Counted from the stretch's first letter, positions 1 through 8,479 are shown. The stretch is 43,927 bases of DNA from Candidatus Parcubacteria bacterium (GCA_039798465.1 JBDKGA010000002.1:1-43927), one strand, 5' to 3'. Numbers and translations: made by a program. Notes: a model not told the origin generated them from the sequence alone.

Positions 1-37
1 GAGGAAAGTGTTGGGCTTGTGTAGCAGCAGAGGGCGG

Positions 38-66
38 TTGAATAAGGGGTGTTTTTGGGCTATCCT
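38..66 (+). promoter_or_regulatory. sigma70-like promoter for tRNA-Gln
   Basis: TTGAAT (38-43), 17-nt spacer, TATCCT (61-66), 10 nt upstream of the tRNA 5' end. Confidence 0.5.
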
Positions 67-76
67 GTGCGGACAT

Positions 77-147
77 TGCCAGATCGTCTAATGGTAGGAC
101 TACTCCCTCTGGAGGAGTGTATCTTGGTTCGAATCCAAGTCTGGCAA
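77..147 (+). tRNA. tRNA-Gln (anticodon CTG), CCA not encoded
   Basis: Acceptor stem TGCCAGA/TCTGGCA, D arm GTCT-AATGGT-AGGAC, anticodon arm ACTCC-CTCTGGA-GGAGT, T arm CTTGG-TTCGAAT-CCAAG. Confidence 0.95.
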
Positions 148-389
148 CAAAAACAACGAGACGAACGCATGCGTTCGGCGACTATGTTTTTGCAGCCAGA
201 CTTGGATTCGAAAACTCGCAGCCGGGACCCGTTCAGCAGAATGGGTGGCGAGAGTCGGCTCGAAACCGTTTTACTGCGACGGCAGTAAAACGAGTTGAGA
301 GGAATCCAAGTCTTGCGGCCCTAGCAATTTTCGAGCGACGGCGAGAAAATATGTGGAGGGCGAATCCATACCTTGGATTCGAAAAGTCG
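128..389. repeat. structured tract of tRNA-3'-end-derived inverted and direct repeats plus hairpins
   Basis: 195-212 is the exact 18-bp reverse complement of tRNA 128-145; palindrome 162-177; 11-bp stem 267-277/282-292; GAATCCAAGTCT recurs at 302-313; CTTGGATTCGAAAA at 201-214 and 372-385. Confidence 0.85.
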
Positions 390-442
390 AAGCAGGTACT
401 GCAGATGAGGTACTGAGAGTGTTTCTATCAAAAACGGCTTGG

Positions 443-724
443 CTACGTGCCAAGCCGCCTTTTGCCTTCGGGGGAAAGCACATACGTTTTCCCGTCCCCG
501 CCTTGTTCGAGCTGAATCAGGCTCGGATACTTTTTGAGCTCCCCCATGCACTTGGCGATTATCTTGTAGTGCAGTTCCCAAATACCATCGAGTTCCGGGT
601 TTTTCCAGTAGGTGATTAGGAGCGCGCCCCCGTCTCTATGCTGGAAGATTTTTGCGTCGTGCCAGTAGGCCTGGTTTTCGTTGAATTTTCTGAGTACAGA
701 CCGTGTGCGTCTGAGTAGCTTCAT
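443..724 (-). CDS. hypothetical protein (93 aa), possible winged-helix-like C-terminus
   Basis: ATG at 724 preceded on the minus strand by AAAGGAGG (strong SD, 8-nt spacer); ends ...KTYVLSPEGKRRL. Confidence 0.55.
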   Translation of the reverse strand: MKLLRRTRSVLRKFNENQAYWHDAKIFQHRDGGALLITYWKNPELDGIWELHYKIIAKCMGELKKYPSLIQLEQGGDGKTYVLSPEGKRRLGT

Positions 725-843
725 GTCGAAACCCTCCTTTAGACATCCTGGTGTTGAACATACCACAGGTTACAAACTCTTCAAGCAAGGGGCTTCCGGG
801 AGTTTTCCATTGCGCATCCTCTCCCAGCAGGTACTATTGATTC

Positions 844-1206
844 ATGCACAACCCCTACATGAGCGCGCTTACAGCTATCGGATACATCGGCCTGGTCGTT
901 CTTTTCTTTGCGGGTATTGCGCACTTCTTTGGCGATGCACCCGATGTCGAATTCTTGGCGCCGCTCATCATGCTCTCTCTCCTCGTGCTCTCTGTCGCGA
1001 CAATGGGCTTTCTCTTTTTCTACCGCCCACTCACGCTTGTTCTCGATGGCGCGCGCGCAGACGCCGTGCAGTATTTTGCTCGCATGGCAGGTACCTTTGC
1101 GGTAGGTATCGTCCTTTTTATCGCGATTGCGGGATTCATACGATTCAACATCATCGGCGGTGATGCGTATTGCGAAGACGAGAAAGGGGAGATGGTGCGG
1201 TGCTAG
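844..1206 (+). CDS. hypothetical membrane protein (about 3 TM)
   Basis: Three hydrophobic segments; TACTAT -10-like hexamer 6 nt before the ATG. Confidence 0.7.
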   Translation: MHNPYMSALTAIGYIGLVVLFFAGIAHFFGDAPDVEFLAPLIMLSLLVLSVATMGFLFFYRPLTLVLDGARADAVQYFARMAGTFAVGIVLFIAIAGFIRFNIIGGDAYCEDEKGEMVRC

Positions 1207-1215
1207 AATTTTTCT

Positions 1216-1647
1216 ATGGCCGAACTCAAGACCAAGGCGACAAAGGCAAGTGTGAGCGCTTTTTTGAAGAAGGTGCCCGATGTGCGCAAGCGCGCAGACT
1301 GTCTCGAGCTCCTCAAAATATTTGAAGCTACTACTGGCGAGAAGCCAGTGATGTGGGGGAGCGCTATTGTGGGATTCGGCACGTATCATTACGAATCTGA
1401 GCGCAGTGCACAGAAGGGCGATTGGCCGCTCACAGCGTTTTCGCCGCGTGCACAAAATATCACCATCTACATCATGCCCGGCTTTGGTGAATACCAAGAC
1501 ATCATGAAAGGATTGGGTGCCTACAAAACAGGAATGTCGTGTCTCTACATAAAGAAACTGGCAGACATCGATACGCGATTGCTCACCAAGCTCATCAAGC
1601 GCTCTGTTGCAGACATGCGCAAGAAGTACCCCGCTGCCGAAAGGTAA
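1216..1647 (+). CDS. DUF1801 (YdhG-like) domain protein
   Basis: MAELKTK...MWGxAIVGFGxYHY...AFSPR...SCLYIKKLADID family signature. Confidence 0.85.
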   Translation: MAELKTKATKASVSAFLKKVPDVRKRADCLELLKIFEATTGEKPVMWGSAIVGFGTYHYESERSAQKGDWPLTAFSPRAQNITIYIMPGFGEYQDIMKGLGAYKTGMSCLYIKKLADIDTRLLTKLIKRSVADMRKKYPAAER

Positions 1648-1706
1648 ATAGTACAGAGCGCTCCCGAGGCTCATCAGAATAATCGGACTGTGCTATAGTC
1701 TCGGCC

Positions 1707-2372
1707 ATGACAAACTCGCGCTCCTACACACTCATCACCGCACTTTTTGCGGTAGTGCTCGTTGTTTCAAACGTAGCCGCGTCAAAGGTGACGAGCTTTT
1801 GGGGTCTCACACTTGATGCGGGGACGGTCCTCTTTCCGCTCTCGTATATATTTGGCGATGTACTCACCGAAGTATACGGTTACGCCGCGAGTCGCCGTGT
1901 GATATGGATTGGTTTTGCGAGCACGTTTCTTGCCGCGGCCACGTTTATGATTGTTGGCGCTTTGCCTCCGGCTCCGGAGTGGGGGAATCAGGCAGCCTAC
2001 GAATCCATTCTCGGTCTCACCCCGCGCATTGTGTGCGCGAGCCTCGTTGCGTTCCTCATCGGTGAATTTGCAAACAGCTACGTGCTCGCGCGCATGAAGG
2101 TAGCCATGGCAGGCAAGTACTTGTGGATGCGCACTGTAGGCTCAACTCTTGTGGGCGAACTACTCGACACGAGTGTGTTTACTATTGTTGCCTTTTGGGG
2201 TGTGTTTCCCGACAACATCATTCTCCCGATGATTATTTCTATGTACCTTTTCAAGGTAGCGATAGAGGCGGTGTTTACCCCCGTCACCTACGCGGTGGTG
2301 CGATATCTCAAGAAACACGAAGGGGTAGATGTGTACGATCGGGATACCAATTTTAATCCGTTTCGAGTATAA
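1707..2372 (+). CDS. yhhQ: queuosine precursor transporter (YhhQ/Vut_1, DUF165)
   Basis: SNVAASK, FPLSYIFGDVLTEVYG, PRIVCASL, RTVGSTLVGELLDT motifs; multi-TM. Confidence 0.9.
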   Translation: MTNSRSYTLITALFAVVLVVSNVAASKVTSFWGLTLDAGTVLFPLSYIFGDVLTEVYGYAASRRVIWIGFASTFLAAATFMIVGALPPAPEWGNQAAYESILGLTPRIVCASLVAFLIGEFANSYVLARMKVAMAGKYLWMRTVGSTLVGELLDTSVFTIVAFWGVFPDNIILPMIISMYLFKVAIEAVFTPVTYAVVRYLKKHEGVDVYDRDTNFNPFRV

Positions 2373-2381
2373 ATTATTGAT

Positions 2382-3110
2382 ATGCCGCGCACTGTTGCGG
2401 AGACGCCAGAATATATTGTGCTCGATAAACCTGCGGGGCTCATTGTGCACAGCGATGGTCGCACGGTAGAACCAAGTGTTGCTGAGTGGCTTGCCGCACA
2501 GTATCCCGACACGTGCGCAGTGGGGGAGCCGTGGGTTTCTCCGCAAGGCGAAGTGGTGCGTGTGTGTGGCTTGGTGCATCGGCTCGACAGAACTACGAGT
2601 GGCGTGCTCGTGGCGGCGCGCACCGCAGCGCTGTACACGCATCTCAAACATGAATTCAAGGCGCGTCGTGTTGAAAAGGTATATCGCGCGATTGTGCACG
2701 GGCACGTGCAAGATGAGACTGGTCGCATTGTCGCAGAGATTGCTCGCTCCAGTGCGGCGCCCAAACGCTGGTATGCAAAACCGTGCGATGAATCATACGT
2801 GCGTGCTGCAATCACCGAGTGGCGTGTACTCGTGCGCGGGGAGAGTCGAGAAGGTGAACCGTATTCATACCTCGAGCTTGTGCCCAAGACGGGGCGCACA
2901 CATCAGATACGCGTACATCTTTCCTCGATAGGACACCCTATCGTCGGTGATCACCTCTACGCGCCCGAGCGAGCGCCGATACTTGGATTTACGCGCTCGG
3001 CACTGCATGCATTTTCTGTGGCGTTTGTGCTCCCGAGCGGGGAGCGGGTATTGTATGAAGCACCACTGCCCACGGATTTTCATGATGCTACGCTTCGTAG
3101 TCCGGCATGA
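2382..3110 (+). CDS. RluA/RluD-family pseudouridine synthase
   Basis: DKPAGLIVH, VHRLDRTTSG (catalytic Asp), TGRTHQIRVH, GHPIVGD, LHA motifs. Confidence 0.93.
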   Translation: MPRTVAETPEYIVLDKPAGLIVHSDGRTVEPSVAEWLAAQYPDTCAVGEPWVSPQGEVVRVCGLVHRLDRTTSGVLVAARTAALYTHLKHEFKARRVEKVYRAIVHGHVQDETGRIVAEIARSSAAPKRWYAKPCDESYVRAAITEWRVLVRGESREGEPYSYLELVPKTGRTHQIRVHLSSIGHPIVGDHLYAPERAPILGFTRSALHAFSVAFVLPSGERVLYEAPLPTDFHDATLRSPA

Positions 3111-3147
3111 TTGGCACGCACCTTGAAAGAGCGATACACTAAGCTAA

Positions 3148-3591
3148 ATGTCACGATTTCCATACCGCGGTGCGACACATCTGTTTCTCCTCCGTGAAGG
3201 AGAGATTCTTCTTTCTCGCCGGTTCAACACCGGATTCATGGACGGATACTACAGTGTGCCAGCGGGGCATATAGATGGCGGTGAAACTGCGCGAGAATGT
3301 ATCGTGCGTGAATCCCGCGAAGAGATAGGTATTGAGGTGCGGTCCACCGATCTTGAAATGGTGCATGTGATGCACCGGTACAGCGACGAAGAGATTATTT
3401 ATATAGACTTTTTTGTAACCACTCGTGAGTATGCGGGCGAGATACGTAATTGTGAGCCAGAAAAGTGTGACGAACTTTCGTGGCACCCGCTCGATGCGCT
3501 ACCCGAAAATACGATTCCGTACATCCGTCGGGCAATTGAAGCCGTGCAGCGCAAAGAATTGTATTCAGAATTTGGGTGGGAGAAGAGATAG
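3148..3591 (+). CDS. Nudix hydrolase
   Basis: Nudix box GHIDGGETARECIVRESREEIG; EPEKCDEL motif. Confidence 0.9.
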   Translation: MSRFPYRGATHLFLLREGEILLSRRFNTGFMDGYYSVPAGHIDGGETARECIVRESREEIGIEVRSTDLEMVHVMHRYSDEEIIYIDFFVTTREYAGEIRNCEPEKCDELSWHPLDALPENTIPYIRRAIEAVQRKELYSEFGWEKR

Positions 3592-3668
3592 CGCATAATG
3601 TCTTGGCGAATGCACAACGTCCTTATCCACTAGTGCATGGGGGAGATATAAGCTATTATGCATAACAT

Positions 3669-4109
3669 ATGAACAACACATACATTGTAGCGATTATTAT
3701 TCTTTTGGGCCTTGGAGGTTATTGGATGTACACCGGTCAATCGGCTGCCCCTGCTGCCGTGACAGAAGGCCCCACCATCTCTGCGCCGATGCCAGCCGCA
3801 CCGACTACTGAAACTCCTGCAGCCGCTCCCACTACACAAGCACCAGAAACTCCCGCGCAGCCCGCTCCGACAGGTATTACCATGGCAGAGGTTGCAAAAC
3901 ACTCCACCGAAAAAGATTGCTGGACTGTCGTTTCGGGCAAGGTCTATGATGTTACCTCGGTGGTAAGTACTCACCCAGCGGGTCCCAAGGCAATTCTTGC
4001 TTCATGTGGCAAAGACGGCACCCAAGGATTCCAGCGCATGGATAGTCGCGCACAGGCGGGCGCTATGCAGCAAATGGCTACTCTCTTCAAGGGAGACCTT
4101 GTGCAGTAG
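3669..4109 (+). CDS. membrane-anchored cytochrome b5-like heme/steroid-binding domain protein
   Basis: N-terminal TM, Pro/Ala/Thr linker, then EVAKH...DCWTVVSGKVYDVT...HPAG...GKDGT. Confidence 0.85.
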   Translation: MNNTYIVAIIILLGLGGYWMYTGQSAAPAAVTEGPTISAPMPAAPTTETPAAAPTTQAPETPAQPAPTGITMAEVAKHSTEKDCWTVVSGKVYDVTSVVSTHPAGPKAILASCGKDGTQGFQRMDSRAQAGAMQQMATLFKGDLVQ

Positions 4110-4112
4110 TCT

Positions 4113-4529
4113 ATGCTTGCGTGGCTGCACATCGGTATCATTGTCGTTACTGTGTGTGTGGTGCTCTACGCAGATCATCACGCGTTTCGCTACCTTTTGG
4201 GGCGTGAGCGCGTGCTTGATAAATCCGCCACGTTGCGTCTGCACCACATGGTGTGGGCGCTTTTGGTAGGCATGCTCGTCACAGGCACCGCACTTGTGTG
4301 GCAGGGGTGGGCATACTACTTCTCGATTCCTGAATTCAAGCTCAAGCTCTTTTTTGTGGCGGTGCTTGTAGTGAATTCATTCGTAATTACCTCCATTATG
4401 CACGCGGCTTTTGAAACACCGTTTGCCGAGCTTCCACGTTCTCGCCAGGCGAGCTTTGTGCTCTCGGGAGCCGCTTCGACCCTTGGATGGTTAGGTGCTA
4501 TCGCGACGGCGCTGTATCTCTTTTGGTAA
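4113..4529 (+). CDS. hypothetical 4-TM membrane protein
   Basis: Four hydrophobic helices, several His; starts 3 nt after the b5 gene stop. Confidence 0.75.
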   Translation: MLAWLHIGIIVVTVCVVLYADHHAFRYLLGRERVLDKSATLRLHHMVWALLVGMLVTGTALVWQGWAYYFSIPEFKLKLFFVAVLVVNSFVITSIMHAAFETPFAELPRSRQASFVLSGAASTLGWLGAIATALYLFW

Positions 4530-4574
4530 TCGTCCGTTAGATGAAATCTGGTGCAAATGTGTTACCGTATCCGT

Positions 4575-4904
4575 ATGAAGAAAACTATCTTTCTCGCAAT
4601 ACTTATCATTGTCCTCGCACTCGGGGCGTATTTTGGTGTCGCCATACTTACGCGCGAGGCGCGTGCATCGGTAGCACAGTCCCGTGGTGAGGCGTTTATC
4701 CATCAACTCTACGCCGAATATTCTATTCTTGGCAAAAGCTGCCAGGGTGAAGACACCGATGGTGATGCGTATGTCTCGTGCGATTTCCGCATTACGAGCA
4801 CTGCGCAAGAAGAGCGCGTCGTGCACCTACAGTGTCCTACCATGTGGAAGTCACTTTTGGGTAATACGTGCAAAGAGAGCCGCGCACTGGTAACACCACA
4901 ATAG
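4575..4904 (+). CDS. secreted or membrane-anchored Cys-containing hypothetical protein
   Basis: MKK plus hydrophobic N-terminus; CQGEDTDGDAYVSC; four Cys; start chosen from TG-T-TACCGT 6 nt upstream. Confidence 0.7.
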   Translation: MKKTIFLAILIIVLALGAYFGVAILTREARASVAQSRGEAFIHQLYAEYSILGKSCQGEDTDGDAYVSCDFRITSTAQEERVVHLQCPTMWKSLLGNTCKESRALVTPQ

Positions 4905-4907
4905 TAT

Positions 4908-5423
4908 ATGGCGCGCCGTGAGGTGCTCGTACACGACACGATGCAAAAGGGGTATCGCTATACCTGCACCGCGCCGGTGGGTAAAGATTTTGATCCCGAG
5001 TTTCGCCCCGATCTCACTCCCGCGGAAATGCTCGCGCTCGGTATCTTCGGCGGTGTCTATATGCGCGATTGCACACAAGAATTTCCGCGCTCGTGGTTTG
5101 TGCATGCTCGTATGCAGAAAAAAGGTGAGGACCCGAGTGCCGCACTCAATCATTTTGGTGTTTTTGCTAGCCAGCCGCTTTCTGAGTGGAGGCGCAAGGG
5201 CTGGATACATCCCGATGATCCGCGCGGCTGGTTTCAGTGGTACTGCCGCTACTACATAGGGCGTCGTGTGCCTGCCGAAGATGTGCGCCAGATAAAACGA
5301 TGGAAAGCAATCCGGCGACATATTGGCCAGCTCAAAAAGCATTGTGCGGCGGGTGATTACTCGTGTCGCCCGGTACAGCGCCAAGCGCTTTTGCACTGGG
5401 CCTACGATAGTCGAAAGCTATAA
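4908..5423 (+). CDS. conserved hypothetical protein (DPRGWFQWYCRYY family)
   Basis: LTPxEML.LG.FGG.Y, DPRGWFQWYCRYYxGRR, RQALLHWAYD conserved-looking motifs. Confidence 0.8.
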   Translation: MARREVLVHDTMQKGYRYTCTAPVGKDFDPEFRPDLTPAEMLALGIFGGVYMRDCTQEFPRSWFVHARMQKKGEDPSAALNHFGVFASQPLSEWRRKGWIHPDDPRGWFQWYCRYYIGRRVPAEDVRQIKRWKAIRRHIGQLKKHCAAGDYSCRPVQRQALLHWAYDSRKL

Positions 5424-5430
5424 TGTACTC

Positions 5431-5739
5431 ATGACTGCTCGCACGATTACCGTTGCATCAAAAGTATTTCTTTGGCCGGGGCAGCAGGCGGCGTGGCACT
5501 TTTTGCACGTGCCCGCAAAAGAATCCGAAGCAATAAAAAAGAAACATGGCGCACATGCACGGGGCTGGGGCTCGCTCAGAGTGCGCGCCACGATAGGGAA
5601 GACGAGTTGGGATACCTCGATATTTCCCGACAAAAAATCGGGCACATATCTTTTGCCGCTCAAACTTTCGGTGCGCCGCGCCGAAGGAATTGCTGCAAAT
5701 GATAGGGTGCGAGTCTCACTCGAGATTCGTGTGCCGTAG
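5431..5739 (+). CDS. DUF1905 domain protein
   Basis: WHF...GWGSLRVRATIG.T.W.TSIFPD...YLLPLK..VR; TATAAT 6 nt before ATG 5431. Confidence 0.85.
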   Translation: MTARTITVASKVFLWPGQQAAWHFLHVPAKESEAIKKKHGAHARGWGSLRVRATIGKTSWDTSIFPDKKSGTYLLPLKLSVRRAEGIAANDRVRVSLEIRVP

Positions 5740-5778
5740 TACTAGAGGCGCGGGCCATGCTCTGCTATACTCTCGTGC

Positions 5779-6489
5779 ATGTCTGAAATACTTCATCCTG
5801 AATCGCAATCATCTTCTCACGCAAGCATGAGCAATTGGCTACGCGCGGCGGTGCTTGGTGCAAACGACGGCATCGTATCGGTCGCCGCACTTGTGGTGGG
5901 TGTTGCTGGTGCCACTGAGCACGTGGGCACACTCCTCATTACCGGTGTGGCTGGTATGATATCGGGCTCGCTCTCGATGGCGGCGGGGGAATATGTTTCG
6001 GTGAGTAGTCAGCGTGATATCGAAGAGGTGCTCGTAAACAAAGAGCGCCGCGAGCTCGAAGAAAATCCTGCAGGCGAGCTCGAAGAACTCACGCGCATTT
6101 ACGAGAGCAAGGGGGTTTCGCGCCACACGGCAGAAGTGGTTGCACGCGAACTTACCGAGCATGACGCACTTGCGGCACACCTCGAGGCCGAGCTCAAAAT
6201 GGAAAAAGACGAATTCACCAATCCCTGGCACGCCGCGTTTGCATCAGGCTTTTCATTTATTGCGGGCGCCATTATTCCCGTGCTTGCTATCACGCTTCCG
6301 CCGAGCGATGTGCGCGTGCCCGTTACCTTTGCTGCGGTTGGTCTCGCGCTTGCGCTCACGGGCTTTTTGAGTGCCAAGGTAAGCGACGCTCCTCTTTGGA
6401 CGGTAACACTGCGTGTGGTCACTGGCGGTATCGTGGCGATGATTGTGACATTTGGCATTGGTATGCTGTTTGGTGTAGCGACGGCGTAG
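5779..6489 (+). CDS. VIT1/CCC1 family Fe2+/Mn2+ transporter
   Basis: LRAAVLGANDGIVS and SMAAGEYVSVSSQRD signatures. Confidence 0.93.
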   Translation: MSEILHPESQSSSHASMSNWLRAAVLGANDGIVSVAALVVGVAGATEHVGTLLITGVAGMISGSLSMAAGEYVSVSSQRDIEEVLVNKERRELEENPAGELEELTRIYESKGVSRHTAEVVARELTEHDALAAHLEAELKMEKDEFTNPWHAAFASGFSFIAGAIIPVLAITLPPSDVRVPVTFAAVGLALALTGFLSAKVSDAPLWTVTLRVVTGGIVAMIVTFGIGMLFGVATA

Positions 6490-6492
6490 TGT

Positions 6493-7080
6493 ATGCACAT
6501 ACAGCGCCCACAATCCCGCCAGCCGATTCCGCCGGAAGCAAAGCGCGTGTTTGAGGGCGTACTATTCGATGTATACCAGTGGGAACAAACAATGTTTGAT
6601 GGCTCGCATGCGACATTCGAACGACTCACGCGCCCCGATACGGTCGGCGTGATTCCTGTGTTGCCCGATGGTCGCCTCGTGATAGTAAAAGAAGAGCAGC
6701 CGGGGGCGGGAAGCTTTGTCGGTATTTTGGGCGGACGCGTCGAAGACGGCGAAGAGCCCGACGTGGCCGCGCTGCGAGAATTGCGTGAAGAAAGTGGCTA
6801 CGATGCACAATCAATCACGCTCTGGGATGCGCAGCAGCCGGTCGCAAAGCTCGATTGGGCGGTGTACACCTTTATTGCAAAAGGGGTGAGCAGGGCGGGG
6901 GAGCAGCTGCTCGATGCGGGCGAAAAGGTAGAGCTGCTCACGGTATCGCTCGACGAGCTCATCGAGCTCGTGGCACAGGGTGCGTGCTCTGCGCGCGAAG
7001 TCGCGCCGCAGTTTATCGAGGCAAAATGGAATCCCGCAAAGCGCGAAGAGTTGCAAAAGCTTTTTGCTCCCACTGCATGA
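6493..7080 (+). CDS. Nudix hydrolase (ADP-ribose pyrophosphatase-like)
   Basis: GGRVEDGEEPDVAALRELREESG Nudix box; LDAGE motif. Confidence 0.88.
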   Translation: MHIQRPQSRQPIPPEAKRVFEGVLFDVYQWEQTMFDGSHATFERLTRPDTVGVIPVLPDGRLVIVKEEQPGAGSFVGILGGRVEDGEEPDVAALRELREESGYDAQSITLWDAQQPVAKLDWAVYTFIAKGVSRAGEQLLDAGEKVELLTVSLDELIELVAQGACSAREVAPQFIEAKWNPAKREELQKLFAPTA

Positions 7081-7181
7081 ACAATTCTCGCGGCTTTTCG
7101 CAGCTATCGTTTATCGTGGGCGGTGCCTGCGTGATTGTTTTGATAGGTATCGCGGGGTTTGTGATAGGGGTGGTGGTGTAG
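7077..7181 (+). CDS. small hydrophobic peptide (34 aa) with prepilin-like N-terminus
   Basis: ATGA overlap with the Nudix stop; MNNSRG-FSQLSFIV followed by a hydrophobic run. Confidence 0.35.
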   Translation: MNNSRGFSQLSFIVGGACVIVLIGIAGFVIGVVV

Positions 7182-7223
7182 CGTCCCGCTTGCAGAGAGA
7201 AAAAAGAGCGCTAGACTGGGCTC

Positions 7224-7460
7224 ATGAAAGACTCATGCCAGAGCTGTTTGATGCCATTTAAAAACGACACGGGCGTGCGCGAAGATCCGCGCTACTGCAG
7301 CCTGTGCTATCGCGACGGGAAGTTTTGCTACGAGGGCGACCTCAAAGGATTCCAAAAGGTGTGCTACGAATCCATGCGCAAGCAGGGGATGAACCCCCTC
7401 GTCGCCCGCGTGTTTGCCTGGTCTACCCGCTTTGCCCCGCGGTGGAAGAAGGCTGCGTAG
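7224..7460 (+). CDS. putative zinc-ribbon protein (Zn_ribbon_2-like)
   Basis: CQSCLMP...YCSLCY.DG.F...PRWK. Confidence 0.8.
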   Translation: MKDSCQSCLMPFKNDTGVREDPRYCSLCYRDGKFCYEGDLKGFQKVCYESMRKQGMNPLVARVFAWSTRFAPRWKKAA

Positions 7461-7512
7461 TAGGACACATTTCCGATCTTGATCTCCGTGAGTGCCATGG
7501 GACAATGAGCCC

Positions 7513-8475
7513 ATGACGCAGGCCGATATCACGCGAGTTTTGATAGCAGAATTCGATATCAATGCCATCTATGCTCGTTACCTCGCAACACGAGTAGCAG
7601 CCTCAAATCCCATCTCAGACGCCAAAAAGATTCTCGACGAAAAGCCGGCTCCTTTTGTGAAATGGGTGGGTGGAAAACGACAGCTTTTGAAGCAATTTCG
7701 TAAGCTCGGTTTGTACCCGCCAGATGGATTCGACCCAGAAAAAAACACCTACTTTGAGCCGTTTGTAGGTGGCGGCGCGGTATTCTTCGATTTGCTCCCC
7801 GAGAGGGCGGCGCTTTCGGATATGAACAAAGAATTGGTGACGACATACAAGATTATCCAAACAAATGTCGAGGCACTGATTCGTTCGCTGGGAAAGCATA
7901 CCTACAGCAAAACTCATTTTCTCAAGATTCGCGCTCTTGATACCAACACGCTTTCGGATGTGGAAATTGCCTCACGTTTTATCTATCTCAATCGCTCCTG
8001 CTTCAACGGCCTCTACCGGGTAAATTCGAAAGGGCAATTCAACGTCCCGTTTGGCGCATACAAGAACCCCCGCATTTGTGATGCTACCAATCTGCGCCGC
8101 GTTTCTCGAGCGCTCAAGCATGTGACGATTCGGCACGAGGATTATAGCCACGTACTCAAGCGCGCCAAGAAAGGGGATTTTGTGTACTTTGATCCGCCGT
8201 ATCACCCGCTCTCGGCAACAGCCTCGTTTACCTCGTACACTGCACATGGCTTTTCTGCCGCAGACCAAATAAAACTCCGCGACACATTTCTCGCGCTACA
8301 CAAGCGCGGCTGCTACGTAATGCTCTCAAACTCGAGCGCGCCGTTTATAAAAAAGATTTATGGAGAAATCAAAGACAAAAAAATCCGCGTCACTGAAATC
8401 AAAGCCAATCGCAACGTGAATTCTCAGGCGAAGGGGAGAGGGGAAGTGAAAGAGATTTTGGCCGTTAATTATTAG
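7513..8475 (+). CDS. Dam/DpnM-family (D12 class) DNA adenine methyltransferase
   Basis: KWVGGKRQL, YFEPFVGGGAV, FNGLYRVN, FVYFDPPY, MLSNS. Confidence 0.93.
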   Translation: MTQADITRVLIAEFDINAIYARYLATRVAASNPISDAKKILDEKPAPFVKWVGGKRQLLKQFRKLGLYPPDGFDPEKNTYFEPFVGGGAVFFDLLPERAALSDMNKELVTTYKIIQTNVEALIRSLGKHTYSKTHFLKIRALDTNTLSDVEIASRFIYLNRSCFNGLYRVNSKGQFNVPFGAYKNPRICDATNLRRVSRALKHVTIRHEDYSHVLKRAKKGDFVYFDPPYHPLSATASFTSYTAHGFSAADQIKLRDTFLALHKRGCYVMLSNSSAPFIKKIYGEIKDKKIRVTEIKANRNVNSQAKGRGEVKEILAVNY

Positions 8476-8479
8476 AAAC

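Noticed and set aside
128-389. Possible CRISPR array or tRNA intron
   Set aside because: Repeats are mixed in orientation and irregularly spaced, no cas genes are present, and the tRNA is complete without an intron
49-619. Short + strand ORFs overlapping the tRNA and its trailer
   Set aside because: They overlap a clear tRNA and hairpin tract and show no protein-like motifs
781-1674. 297-aa minus-strand ORF
   Set aside because: Antisense shadow of two well-supported + strand genes
1648-1706. preQ1 riboswitch upstream of yhhQ
   Set aside because: No preQ1 stem or A-rich tail; the -10 element sits 7 nt from the ATG, leaving no leader
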